The notes: generated from the letters alone by a model not told the origin. A stretch of 32,000 bases of DNA from Raphidiopsis brookii D9 (GCA_000175855.1 ACYB01000042.1:240368-272367), one strand, 5' to 3'. Positions 10,210 through 20,335 are shown, counted from the first letter of the stretch. Made by a program: numbers and translations.

Positions 10210-11094
10210 TCAGACCAATTTCATTTCGCACAACACCGTTTTTAATTTCTGACATACTTCCATATCAGCTTCTAATAGTGGCAGACGCAGGGAGCCTACA
10301 TCCCAACCGATTATTTTTAGTGCCTGTTTAACGGGAATGGGGTTGGCAGTTAAAAACAAAGCCTTAAACAGGGGAAAGAGTTGTAGATGAATCTCGGTAG
10401 CAGTTTTAACCTGGCCAAGACTAAAAGACTCAATCATTTGTTTAATTTGATTACCTACTAAATGGGAAGCCACGCTAACCACTCCTTTGGCCCCAATTGC
10501 CAGTAGGGGTAAAGTCAGGGAATCATCTCCAGAGTAAATCTGAAACTCCCGTGGTGTCAAGCGGCGAATTTCGCTGGTTTGATCCAAATTACCACTAGCT
10601 TCTTTAATTCCCACAATGTTATCAATTTCTGCCAGTCGCATAACTGTTTCTGGAATTAAATTTTGACCTGTTCTGCTAGGGACATTATATAACAGGACTG
10701 GCATATCCGGACAGGATTTGGCGATCGCCTGAAAATGGTTATATAGTCCTGACTGGGGAGGTTTATTGTAGTAGGGTACCACTTGTAAAGAACCATGTAG
10801 ACCCAATTTAGCTGCTTTTTGGGTAGCTGCGATCGCCTCTGTAGTGGAATTAGAACCACAACCTGCAATTACCTGAGCTTTTCCCGACACAGCTTGTAGT
10901 ACCTCAACAAACAGCTGGTATTCTTCATCCCAGCTGAGGGTAGGGGACTCGCCAGTTGTACCACATACTAACACAGTATCTGTGCCATTATCAACCAGAT
11001 GGGAGGCCAATTTTCCTGCCATGTCGTAGTTAACGTTCCCCTCCGGTGTAAACGGCGTAATCATTGCCGTTATGACTGTGCCAAAATCTCCCAC
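10210..11094 (-). CDS. dapA: 4-hydroxy-tetrahydrodipicolinate synthase
   Basis: 294 aa with [35 protein letters not shown] and GIKEASGNL motifs. Confidence 0.96.
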   Translation of the reverse strand: MGDFGTVITAMITPFTPEGNVNYDMAGKLASHLVDNGTDTVLVCGTTGESPTLSWDEEYQLFVEVLQAVSGKAQVIAGCGSNSTTEAIAATQKAAKLGLHGSLQVVPYYNKPPQSGLYNHFQAIAKSCPDMPVLLYNVPSRTGQNLIPETVMRLAEIDNIVGIKEASGNLDQTSEIRRLTPREFQIYSGDDSLTLPLLAIGAKGVVSVASHLVGNQIKQMIESFSLGQVKTATEIHLQLFPLFKALFLTANPIPVKQALKIIGWDVGSLRLPLLEADMEVCQKLKTVLCEMKLV

Positions 11095-11168
11095 CCGTTT
11101 TTCACTCCTTACAATAAATTATCAAAGATGACTGACAATCGAGGATTACAAATTGATCATACCGTAGT

Positions 11169-12188
11169 TTAGCCCAGAAGATTTTGTTCGACTAATAATT
11201 CAGCGATTTGTACAGCATTTAAAGCTGCTCCCTTGCGAATCTGATCACCACATAGCCACAGTTCCAGTCCACAGGGGTGGGAAATGTCCTGTCTAATTCT
11301 ACCCACCAAAACCTCATCCTTACCACTAGCTTCCATGGGCATGGGGAAATAATTTTTGTGCCAATCTTCCAGCAATTGAACACCGGGGGAACGGCTTAAA
11401 ATTTCCCTAGCAGTATGTGGAGCAAAAGGGGTGTCAAACTCCAGATTAATAGCTTCCGAATGGGCTCGCAGTACGGGAACCCGCACACAAGTGGCAGTAA
11501 TTCTAATATCTTGATTCCCGAATATTTTCCGGGTTTCGTTGACCATTTTTAATTCCTCCTCACAATATCCCATACTAGTCATGGGAGAGTTATGGGGGAA
11601 TAAATTGAAGGCCAGAGGATAGGGAAGAACCTCGGACACGGGTTGTTTACCTTCCAATATTAACTGGGATTGGACTTTCACCTCTTCCATGGCTTTAGCT
11701 CCAGCACCACTGGCTGATTGATAGGTAGCAGCTACAATTCGTTTAACCGGTTTGACCTGATGTAACGGCCAAACAGCCAATGCCATTAGTATTGTTGTAC
11801 AGTTAGGATTAGCAATAATCCCTTTATGATTCGCCGATTCTTGAGGGTTGACCTCTGGGACAATCAAAGGCACATCCGGGTGCATGCGGAAAGTGCTAGA
11901 ATTATCTATAACTACCGCTCCCCTCTCCACGGCCTTTGGGGCCCAAATTTTGGAGGTTCCACCTCCAGCACTAGCCAAAACAATATCAATCTGGTCAAAG
12001 GATCGGTCATTAACTGACTCTGTTACCAGATTTTCTCCCTGAAATTGGATAACCTTGCCAGCACTGCGTTCTGATGCCAATAATTTTAAATTACCGACCG
12101 GGAATTTACGACTTTCTAGTAGTTCCAGTAGTTCTGTACCAACAGCACCGGTAGCACCCAAAATAGCTATAGAATAGGATTTAGACAA
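11169..12188 (-). CDS. asd: Aspartate-semialdehyde dehydrogenase
   Basis: 339 aa with AILGATGAVGTELLELL, IIANPNCTTI and SGAGAKAMEE motifs. Adjacent to dapA on the same strand. Confidence 0.96.
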   Translation of the reverse strand: MSKSYSIAILGATGAVGTELLELLESRKFPVGNLKLLASERSAGKVIQFQGENLVTESVNDRSFDQIDIVLASAGGGTSKIWAPKAVERGAVVIDNSSTFRMHPDVPLIVPEVNPQESANHKGIIANPNCTTILMALAVWPLHQVKPVKRIVAATYQSASGAGAKAMEEVKVQSQLILEGKQPVSEVLPYPLAFNLFPHNSPMTSMGYCEEELKMVNETRKIFGNQDIRITATCVRVPVLRAHSEAINLEFDTPFAPHTAREILSRSPGVQLLEDWHKNYFPMPMEASGKDEVLVGRIRQDISHPCGLELWLCGDQIRKGAALNAVQIAELLVEQNLLG

Positions 12189-12483
12189 ATGGGACTCCTT
12201 AAACTAATCCCCTCCATTGTAGCAGAAAATCACCATGAGTAGAATGGATATGAGGTTGGCTAAAAACAACTTTTAGATAAAATAGGGAATGGACAATGGG
12301 GGTAGCAAGCTGGTTTAAGTTTCCACCACACACTATACCATTCCCCAAACTGCACAAAACTGATTTATAATTTCTAACGGTTGCTGTTGATTATCAGCGA
12401 TTATCACAACATCTGTACCCTAGCAAGTTAGTTAAATCAGATTACTACAGCTATCAAGATAAAAATACCACAAGAGACTAAGC

Positions 12484-13833
12484 ATGAAAATTACCCAGGA
12501 AAAACTAGAAAAAAGCCAAATTGGACTAGAAATAGAAATTACACAGGAATCCACCAGAGAAAAGTACGAGCAAGTAATTAAAGACCTAATGCGTAATGTA
12601 AACATTCCTGGGTTTCGTAAAGGCAAAGTAAGCCGACAGATATTATTGCAACGTATTGGTGCAAATCGTGTTAAAGCATCTGTATTAGAAGAATTAATTC
12701 CAGAAGCTATTGAACAAGCAGTTAAACAAGAGAATATAAAAGCCATTGGTCAGCCAAAACTGGTTTCATCTTTCGATGATCTTATTGGTAAATATAAGCC
12801 AGGAGAAACCTTGACATTTTCCGCTGCAGTGGATGTGGAACCTGAAGTAAAAATTAAACAATACACAGGAATGCAAATTAAAGCGGAGGAAGTCAAGTAT
12901 GATTCCAGCCAAGTAGATCGGGCCATTGAGGAAGAACGGGAGAAAATAGCGACCTTAGTCCCAGTAGAGGGAAGGGCGGCCCAACTAGGAGATGTAGCGC
13001 TAGTGGATTTTCATGGAGTACTGACAGAAGACCCAAAACCGATTCCTGGCGCTGAGGGAGAAGATTTTTCAGTAGATTTAAATGAGGATCGGTTTATTCC
13101 TGGATTTGTCACTGGTATAGTAGGCATGATTCCGGGAGAAACTAGGGAAATTCCAGCCCAGTTTCCCCATAATTACCCTGATGAGGAACTGTCCAATAAA
13201 GCAGCATTGTTTACAGTAACACTCAAGGAAATTAAGGAAAAAGAACTACCGGAACTAGACGACAATTTTGCCGAAGAGGTCAGTGATTTCAAAACTTTAG
13301 CAGAATTAAGAGCATCCTTAGAAAAACAATTTCAACAGAAGGTGGAAGAAAAAAATACTGAAAATAAGCACAACGCCTTGTTGCAAGAGTTGTTGCAGCA
13401 TGTAGAAATTGATTTGCCAGAAACCATGATTGAACAGCAGGTAGATCACAAATTGGAGAAAACTGCTTTCAATCTGGCACAGCAGGGTTTGGACGTGAAA
13501 AGACTGTTCACTAGGGAAACCGTTGTTCAATTACGAGAAAATATACGACCCTCTGCAATTGAGGATCTTAAACGCGACTTAGCCATAAGAGAAATCGCTA
13601 AACAGGAATCAATCACAGTAGATAAGGAAGAAGTTCAGAAAAAAGCCGCCGAGGTGTTACAACAATACTCTAATGAAGACATAGATGTAAAGAATTTAAA
13701 TTTAGTATTAGAGATAGAGTTAGAAAGAGAGAAAGTTCTGGAGTGGCTAATTACCAACTCATCCATAGAACTAGTACCAGAAGGTTCCTTGAGTGGTGGA
13801 GACCAGGAACCAGAAACCGCCACTCCTGAGTAA
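12484..13833 (+). CDS. tig: Trigger factor (peptidyl-prolyl isomerase chaperone)
   Basis: 449 aa with the N-terminal ribosome-binding signature NVNIPGFRKGKVSR and an FKBP-like domain; upstream of clpP-clpX. Confidence 0.96.
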   Translation: MKITQEKLEKSQIGLEIEITQESTREKYEQVIKDLMRNVNIPGFRKGKVSRQILLQRIGANRVKASVLEELIPEAIEQAVKQENIKAIGQPKLVSSFDDLIGKYKPGETLTFSAAVDVEPEVKIKQYTGMQIKAEEVKYDSSQVDRAIEEEREKIATLVPVEGRAAQLGDVALVDFHGVLTEDPKPIPGAEGEDFSVDLNEDRFIPGFVTGIVGMIPGETREIPAQFPHNYPDEELSNKAALFTVTLKEIKEKELPELDDNFAEEVSDFKTLAELRASLEKQFQQKVEEKNTENKHNALLQELLQHVEIDLPETMIEQQVDHKLEKTAFNLAQQGLDVKRLFTRETVVQLRENIRPSAIEDLKRDLAIREIAKQESITVDKEEVQKKAAEVLQQYSNEDIDVKNLNLVLEIELEREKVLEWLITNSSIELVPEGSLSGGDQEPETATPE

Positions 13834-13838
13834 GAAGA

Positions 13839-13882
13839 ATGGGAAGACACATAGACACTAGTAGTTTGCAAAGTCTTCCCAT
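13839..13882 (+). terminator. Candidate hairpin just after the tig stop codon
   Basis: Perfect 10-bp inverted repeat ATGGGAAGAC (13839-13848) / GTCTTCCCAT (13873-13882), 24-nt loop. No strong T-tract, so terminator function is uncertain. Confidence 0.4.
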
Positions 13883-14052
13883 GAATAAATACCTAATTTT
13901 TCCAAAGAAACCACAAGAAAAGTAAATATAAGGCATAATGGTTAGCACGAACCCTAAAAACCGTGATATTTAAAAACCATATCCTCGCCTTCATCTCCCA
14001 TGGAGTTACATCCTGTCCAAATTAGTCTAACTGAAGTTTTAAATATTTTTGT

Positions 14053-14763
14053 ATGCTTATATCACAGTCGGAAAATGCCCCAATTACCAGTCTGACCACC
14101 ATGAATATCCAATGTGGTTATAATGGAATAAATCCTAGCCCTAGCAGTATTGTCCCCATGGTGGTGGAACAATCTGGTATGGGGGAGAGAGCATTTGATA
14201 TATACTCGCGATTGTTGCGGGAGCGGATTATTTTTTTAGGAACGGCCATAGATGACAATGTAGCCAACTCCATAGTTGCCCAATTGTTGTTTCTGGATGC
14301 GGAAGACCCAGAAAAGGACGTTCAACTGTACATCAACTCCCCTGGGGGGTCTGTTTATGCAGGAATGGCAATCTATGATACTATCCAACAAATACGTCCT
14401 GATGTAGTAACTATTTGTTTTGGACTAGCAGCTAGTATGGGAGCATTTTTGTTAACTGCAGGGACTGCGGGCAAGCGCATGTCATTACCAGATTCACGGA
14501 TCATGATTCATCAACCACTGGGCGGTGCTCAAGGACAAGCAATTGATATTGAAATCCAAGCGCGCGAGATTCTTTACATTAAAGCTAATTTAAATCAACT
14601 AATGTCAAAACATACTGGGCAACCTTTAGAAAGAATTGAAGCTGATACCGAGCGTGACTTTTTTATGTCACCACAGGAAGCTAAAGATTATGGCTTAATT
14701 GACCAGGTTATTTCCAGGCAAAATCTCCCCTCATCTGGGGCACCAGTCACCATAGTTAAATAA
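14053..14763 (+). CDS. clpP: ATP-dependent Clp protease proteolytic subunit
   Basis: 236 aa with [30 protein letters not shown] and [11 protein letters not shown] motifs. Confidence 0.95.
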   Translation: MLISQSENAPITSLTTMNIQCGYNGINPSPSSIVPMVVEQSGMGERAFDIYSRLLRERIIFLGTAIDDNVANSIVAQLLFLDAEDPEKDVQLYINSPGGSVYAGMAIYDTIQQIRPDVVTICFGLAASMGAFLLTAGTAGKRMSLPDSRIMIHQPLGGAQGQAIDIEIQAREILYIKANLNQLMSKHTGQPLERIEADTERDFFMSPQEAKDYGLIDQVISRQNLPSSGAPVTIVK

Positions 14764-14773
14764 GAGGCTTGAT

Positions 14774-16098
14774 ATGTCTAAATACGATTCACACTTAAAA
14801 TGTTCGTTTTGCGGCAAGTCTCAGGAGCAAGTGCGGAAATTAATTGCAGGTCCGGGAGTATACATCTGTGACGAATGTGTTGAGCTGTGCAACGAAATTT
14901 TGGACGAAGAACTGTTAGATGCTGCTAATAACCCGGCAAATTCTTCCCCACCCAAACCAGAACAAACTCCAAAACGTCGTACTAATTCTGCTAATCTCTC
15001 CCTGAATCAAATTCCTAAACCCAGGGAAATTAAAAATTACTTAGATGATCACGTTATTGGGCAAGACGAGGCAAAGAAGGTTCTTTCTGTTGCTGTTTAC
15101 AATCACTACAAACGGTTAGCAGTAGCTCAAGGTAAAGCAGAGGATAGTGTGGAGTTACAAAAATCCAACATTCTCTTAATTGGTCCTACTGGTTGTGGTA
15201 AAACCCTGTTAGCTCAAACCTTAGCCAAAATCCTGGATGTTCCCTTTGCTGTAGCGGATGCCACAACCTTAACAGAAGCAGGATATGTGGGAGAGGATGT
15301 AGAGAATATTCTCCTGAGACTATTACAAGTTGCCAACTTGGATGTGGAAGAAGCACAAAGAGGGATAATCTACATTGACGAAATAGATAAAATTGCTCGT
15401 AAGAGTGAAAACACTTCCATTACTAGGGATGTATCTGGTGAAGGTGTACAACAGGCCCTTTTAAAAATGTTAGAAGGTACTGTTGCCAATGTACCACCCC
15501 AGGGGGACGTAAACATCCCTATCAGGACTGCATTCAGATTGACACTAGCAACATCCTGTTTATTTGCGGCGGAGCTTTTGTCGGTTTAGAAAAAGTAGTA
15601 GACCACAGAGTTGGCAAAAAGTCAATGGGCTTTGTGCAGTCTGGGGAAGGGCAATCTAAAGAAAAACGCGTAGCAACTACCCTCAAACAATTAGAACCCG
15701 ATGATTTAGTTAAATTCGGCATGATTCCAGAATTTATCGGACGCATGCCCATGGTAGCAGTGGTTGAACCCTTGGATGAGGATGCTCTCATGGCCATTCT
15801 CACCCAGCCCCGTAGTGCTTTAGTCAAGCAATATCAAAAACTGCTTAAAATGGATAATGTAAACCTGGAGTTTAAAGAAGAAGCATTAAGTGCGATCGCC
15901 CAAGAGGCATACAGGAGAAAAACAGGAGCCAGGGCGCTACGAGGGATTGTAGAGGAACTAATGTTAGACGTAATGTATGAGTTGCCATCTCGTAAAGATG
16001 TAACCACCTGCACAGTGACAAGAGAGATGGTAGAGAAGCGTTCTACAGCTGAATTGTTAGTTCATCCTTCTTCCCTACCTAAGCCAGAATCTGCCTAG
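14774..16098 (+). CDS. clpX: ATP-dependent Clp protease ATP-binding subunit ClpX, split by a one-base deletion in a G run
   Basis: Zinc-finger [27 protein letters not shown], Walker [17 protein letters not shown], and Walker [12 protein letters not shown]. Changing GGGGG at 15502-15506 to GGGGGG restores [49 protein letters not shown]. Confidence 0.95.
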
Positions 16099-16227
16099 AC
16101 TAGATAGATAAAAGAGTTTGGGGATGAGATATAGCGTGTCCCCCTATTCTTTATTAATCCTGTGGTAAGTGTTCTGGAAAACCTATATAAAAAAGCTATA
16201 TATTATATAGATTATAACTAGCGGTTT

Positions 16228-17079
16228 ATGGCTTATATAGAAGTTCGCGGTGTGAATCACTACTATGAGTGGATAAGAAAACCATCGGAAATAGCAAAAC
16301 CGGTGATAGTGTTTTTGCATGGTTGGGCAGGTTCTTGTAGATATTGGCGCAGTACAGCCGAAGTATTATCGGAGAGATTTGATTGTTTGTTGTATGATTT
16401 AAGAGGTTTTGGTAGTTCCGAGTGTCAGCCTAAGAATAATCAAGAACCTATTAAATTAAGTTATGAACTAACAGAATACGCGGAGGATTTAGCAGCTTTA
16501 TTAAACCAATTGAACCTAGAGCGAGTGTATATTAATGCTCATTCCATGGGAGCTTCAATTGCCACCTTATTTTTCAATCGTTATCCCCAAAGGGTGGTGA
16601 AAGGGATTTTGACTTGTAGTGGAATTTTTGAATATGACGAAAAAGCCTTTGCTGCATTTTATCAATTTGGTGGATATGTAGTTAAATTTCGCCCTCAATG
16701 GTTAACCAAAATACCCTTAGCTGACAGAATGTTCATGGCGAGATTTTTGCATCGTCCAATTCCTGATAGTGAAAGAATAGCCTTTTTAGAAGATTTTGTA
16801 GCTGCGAATTACGATGCAGCTCTAGGGACAATTTTCACATCTGTAAGCAAAGAACAAGCAGAAACCATGCCTGATGAATTTGCCAAATTAACAGTACCCA
16901 CATTATTAATTGCTGGAGAGCATGATATCATCATTCCTGCTGATCTCGGGAAAAAAGCAGCCAATTTGAATGATAAAATTCAGTTAGAAATAATCCCTGA
17001 TACTGCTCATTTTCCTATGTTAGAGGATCCAGAGACTTATTTAGATAAAGTACAAGGTTTTCTAGTCGCTAATATTTAG
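16228..17079 (+). CDS. Alpha/beta-hydrolase fold protein
   Basis: 283 aa with oxyanion-region FLHGWAGS, nucleophile elbow AHSMGAS, and a late D/H pair (IAGEHD, TAHFPMLE). Confidence 0.9.
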   Translation: MAYIEVRGVNHYYEWIRKPSEIAKPVIVFLHGWAGSCRYWRSTAEVLSERFDCLLYDLRGFGSSECQPKNNQEPIKLSYELTEYAEDLAALLNQLNLERVYINAHSMGASIATLFFNRYPQRVVKGILTCSGIFEYDEKAFAAFYQFGGYVVKFRPQWLTKIPLADRMFMARFLHRPIPDSERIAFLEDFVAANYDAALGTIFTSVSKEQAETMPDEFAKLTVPTLLIAGEHDIIIPADLGKKAANLNDKIQLEIIPDTAHFPMLEDPETYLDKVQGFLVANI

Positions 17080-17090
17080 GGAAGTAAAGT

Positions 17091-17558
17091 ATGAATATTG
17101 GGAATTTAGAAGACTTAGGGTTAGGAGATTTACAACAACTGCACGAAACAGATGATTACCAGTGGTTATTGACCAACATTAAACTATTGAAGAATAGGCA
17201 GTTTGACCAGCTGGATTTAGAAAATTTAATTGAGGAATTAACTGACTTGGGTAATGAGAAAAAAAATGCAGTAGAAAGTTTGCTGCAACAGATTATTAGG
17301 CACTTATTACTCTACCAGTATTGGAATGTGGAAATTGAGAGAAATTCTGGACATTGGCAAGCGGAAATTTATAACTTTCGAGATCAGCTAAATAGTAAAT
17401 TAACCAGTAACTTACGTAGCCATCTAGTTGGAGAAATGCCAAAGATTTATCAAAGAGCCTTAGGTTACGTACAACGAAAAACAAACTATCAAATTGATTT
17501 TCCTAGAGAATCTCCCTACAGTTTAGAACAGTTGCTAGATATTAATTATCTTAGTTGA
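17091..17558 (+). CDS. DUF29 family protein, copy 1
   Basis: 155 aa with LYETDDYQWLLTNIKLLKNRQFDQLDLENLIEELTDLGNEKKNAVESLLQQIIRHLLLYQYW-like DUF29 pattern. Confidence 0.88.
   Translation: MNIGNLEDLGLGDLQQLHETDDYQWLLTNIKLLKNRQFDQLDLENLIEELTDLGNEKKNAVESLLQQIIRHLLLYQYWNVEIERNSGHWQAEIYNFRDQLNSKLTSNLRSHLVGEMPKIYQRALGYVQRKTNYQIDFPRESPYSLEQLLDINYLS
17143..17272 (+). repeat. Direct repeat core, copy A (130 bp)
   Basis: ACGAAACAGATGATTACCAGTGG...AAAAAAAATGCAGT, identical by eye to 17647-17776. Confidence 0.9.
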
Positions 17559-17594
17559 CTAACCATTAGTAAATGAAAAGCTTAGAGGTAAAGT

Positions 17595-18062
17595 ATGAGT
17601 ATTGGCAAGTTAAAAGACTTAAAGTTAGGAGATTTACAACAACTGTACGAAACAGATGATTACCAGTGGTTATTGACCAACATTAAACTATTGAAGAATA
17701 GGCAGTTTGACCAGCTGGATTTAGAAAATTTAATTGAGGAATTAACTGACTTGGGTAATGAGAAAAAAAATGCAGTTAGGAGTTTATTAGAGCAGATTAT
17801 CAGACACTTATTATTGATACAATATTGGCAGGAAGAACACGAAATAAATAGTCATCATTGGCAATCAGAATTGCTGGGATTTCGTTATCAAATGCAAGAT
17901 AGATTAACAACCAACTTACAATTGTTTCTAGCTCAGGAGATGGAAAATACTTATCAAAGAGCATTAAAATTTGTCCAGATCAAGACAAAATTTAAAGTAC
18001 AGTTTCCCGCTGAGTGCCCTTACACCCTGGAACAATTATTAAATATCGATTATACCGGTTGA
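17595..18062 (+). CDS. DUF29 family protein, copy 2 (tandem paralogue)
   Basis: 155 aa, same length as copy 1, starts exactly 504 bp downstream. Confidence 0.88.
   Translation: MSIGKLKDLKLGDLQQLYETDDYQWLLTNIKLLKNRQFDQLDLENLIEELTDLGNEKKNAVRSLLEQIIRHLLLIQYWQEEHEINSHHWQSELLGFRYQMQDRLTTNLQLFLAQEMENTYQRALKFVQIKTKFKVQFPAECPYTLEQLLNIDYTG
17647..17776 (+). repeat. Direct repeat core, copy B (130 bp)
   Basis: Identical by eye to 17143-17272 at an offset of 504 bp. Confidence 0.9.
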
Positions 18063-18179
18063 CAAAAATAAAAACTTGTGGAATAATCATTCTGTCTAAA
18101 TGTGGCAAAATGTGGCAAAGCATCAGAAATAACAATTTAATCTTAAACTATGGGTATTGTAAGGAGTGAAAGGAAACAA

Positions 18180-19475
18180 ATGTTAAAACGTAACGTTTCT
18201 CTAGTGTTGAGTGTAACATTGGCAACTAGTGCTTGTTTTTTGGGTGGTTGTGAAAATACAACCCAAAGTACAAATAATACTACCTCACCTACAAACACAG
18301 GAAGTGGTAAAGGACTAAAAATTGGTAGTTTATTGCCAACCACTGGGGATCTAGCTTCCATTGGTCAACAAATGGCAGCTTCAGTTCCCCTACTAGTAGA
18401 AACCGTCAATGCTTGTGGTGGTGTAAATGGTGAACCAGTACAACTAGTGGAAGTAGATGACCAAACTAAACCAGAAAGTGGTGCAGCTGGTATGACTAAA
18501 CTAGCTACAGTAGATAAAGTAGCTGGTGTAGTTGGTTCCTTTGCTAGTAGTGTTTCCACCGCAGCTGTTTCAGTAGCTACACCCAATAAAGTTATGCTGA
18601 TATCACCAGGAAGCACCAGTCCCGTATTTACCCAAAAAGCTCAAAAAGGTGACTTTAAAGGTTTTTGGGCACGGACTGCACCACCAGATACCTATCAAGC
18701 ATTGGCTTTAGCTCAACTGGCCAAGAAAAAAGGTTTTAAGAGGGTTTCCACAGTTGTGATTAATAACGACTATGGTGTAGGTTTTGAAAAAGCATTTGTA
18801 CAAACTTTTGAAAAATTAGGTGGAACAGTAGTTAATAAAAATAAACCTGTGCGCTATGACCCTAAAGCCCAAACTTTTGAAACTGAAGCTAGTGCCGCTT
18901 TTTCGGGTAAGCCAGATGCAGTTTTGGGTGTAATGTACGCAGAGACAGGTAGTTTATTTCTTAAAGCCGCTTATCAACAAGGAGTAGCTAAGGGAGTACA
19001 AATTCTATTGACTGATGGAGTGAAATCAGATAACTTCCCGGAACAGGTAGGTAAGGGAGCAGATGGTAAATATTTATTATCTGGAGCAATAGGAACAACC
19101 CCCGGTTCCAACGGTAAAGCCCTAGAGTCCTTCAAAAAATTATGGCAACAAAAGAAAGGTGGCACTCCGGGAGAATACGCACCTCAAGCCTGGGATGCTG
19201 CAGCTTTGTTGGTGTTAGCAGCTCAATCGGCTAAAGAAAATACCGGTGTGGGAATTTCCAGCAAAATTCGGGAAGTTGCTGAAGGTAGTGGCACAGAAGT
19301 TTCTGATGTGTGTGAAGGACTCAAATTGCTCAAAGCAGGTACAAAGATTAATTACCAAGGCGCTAGCGGGGATGTGGATGTGGATGCTAATGGTGATGTA
19401 CTCGGTGTTTATGATGTTTGGACTGTGGGTGATGATGGTAAAATCACAGTTATTGACCAAGTAAGTCCCAAATAG
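18180..19475 (+). CDS. Periplasmic substrate-binding lipoprotein, branched-chain amino-acid/LivK-like ABC transporter family
   Basis: Signal peptide and lipobox (LATSACFLGGCEN); IGSLLPTTGDLASIGQQM and NDYGVGFEKAF. ATG at 18180 follows AAGGAGTGAAAGGAAACAA, a better start than 18150. Confidence 0.88.
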   Translation: MLKRNVSLVLSVTLATSACFLGGCENTTQSTNNTTSPTNTGSGKGLKIGSLLPTTGDLASIGQQMAASVPLLVETVNACGGVNGEPVQLVEVDDQTKPESGAAGMTKLATVDKVAGVVGSFASSVSTAAVSVATPNKVMLISPGSTSPVFTQKAQKGDFKGFWARTAPPDTYQALALAQLAKKKGFKRVSTVVINNDYGVGFEKAFVQTFEKLGGTVVNKNKPVRYDPKAQTFETEASAAFSGKPDAVLGVMYAETGSLFLKAAYQQGVAKGVQILLTDGVKSDNFPEQVGKGADGKYLLSGAIGTTPGSNGKALESFKKLWQQKKGGTPGEYAPQAWDAAALLVLAAQSAKENTGVGISSKIREVAEGSGTEVSDVCEGLKLLKAGTKINYQGASGDVDVDANGDVLGVYDVWTVGDDGKITVIDQVSPK

Positions 19476-19512
19476 GTTTATGGGGGGTTGGGAAGTACCC
19501 TCCCCCTGGTGA

Positions 19513-20136
19513 CTAAATTCCGCTGAATCTATAACCCACACCAAATAACAAACCAATATCAACGGAGCGGAAAAACCCCGCATTGATAGATGCTGTAGCG
19601 GTAAATCTATCACTTAATGGCATATCCACACCACCGGATAATAACAGAGCAATTCTAGGATATTTATCATTTTGAACTCGCACATTAATATCCCTACTGT
19701 CTTTAATTGCCACGCCAATTCCCGCATAGGGAGCAATGGGTAGGGTGGAACCATTTAATACTTGTTTTATTTGTGGGTAGGCAAAATCATAAGTGATGGG
19801 AAATATAAGTGTGGTCTCTCTACCTAAAACCGCTCCCGGTCTGATTGAGAATGAATTGAAAAGGGAGAGCTTGCTGACAATTCCAAAATTACCATCAGCT
19901 AATGGGGAACTACCACCACTTATACCAATATTTCCTCCCACCCCTATATAACTTCCCCCTTCTTGAATGGGTCTTGTTAAAGCAGCATCCATTTGAGACT
20001 GGGTAGCTTGATCAGGAGGAGCAGCATTATCTGATGGACTAACCTGTGCTGTTGCAGAAAGACCACCACCTAAAACCACTAAGGTTAGTAAACTTGATAA
20101 GCAAAAAAGATGTTTGGCTAAAAACATAGTATTCAC
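19513..20136 (-). CDS. Probable outer-membrane beta-barrel/secreted protein
   Basis: 207 aa, N-terminal signal peptide (LFCLSSLLTLVVLGGGLSATAQ), glycine/aromatic-rich beta-strand pattern, terminal GYRFSGI. Confidence 0.6.
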   Translation of the reverse strand: MNTMFLAKHLFCLSSLLTLVVLGGGLSATAQVSPSDNAAPPDQATQSQMDAALTRPIQEGGSYIGVGGNIGISGGSSPLADGNFGIVSKLSLFNSFSIRPGAVLGRETTLIFPITYDFAYPQIKQVLNGSTLPIAPYAGIGVAIKDSRDINVRVQNDKYPRIALLLSGGVDMPLSDRFTATASINAGFFRSVDIGLLFGVGYRFSGI

Positions 20137-20335
20137 ATCATTGGGTAGTATTGTGATATGGTAACATCTCTAAGTTGTTAGTATTGTTTGGGACGAAATC
20201 CATGGTTAATATCAAGAATTTCCTCACTCTTTAACATTCAACACTAAAAAATCCTTTTTTGCATCCCTAATTTGAAATAAACTATTAGGATAGAAGTATT
20301 TGCTACCCTGTGTATATATCTCACCAGAGTTAATA

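Noticed and set aside
11826-12042. Two overlapping plus-strand ORFs opposite asd
   Set aside because: Antisense to a strong asd coding frame, with low protein-likeness.
15502-15506. Possible programmed frameshift in clpX
   Set aside because: The other homopolymer breaks in the same window and lack of any known clpX recoding make sequencing error more likely. Kept only as a testable alternative.
17143-17776. Transposition or insertion-sequence origin for the DUF29 repeat
   Set aside because: No terminal inverted repeats, target-site duplication or transposase-like ORF at the boundaries; a tandem gene duplication is simpler.
19482-19506. G-run/C-run pair GGGGGGTTGGGAAGTACCCTCCCCC as a strong bidirectional terminator
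   Set aside because: The location between convergent genes is suggestive, but the pairing has competing registers and no clear T-tract, so I did not call it as a feature.
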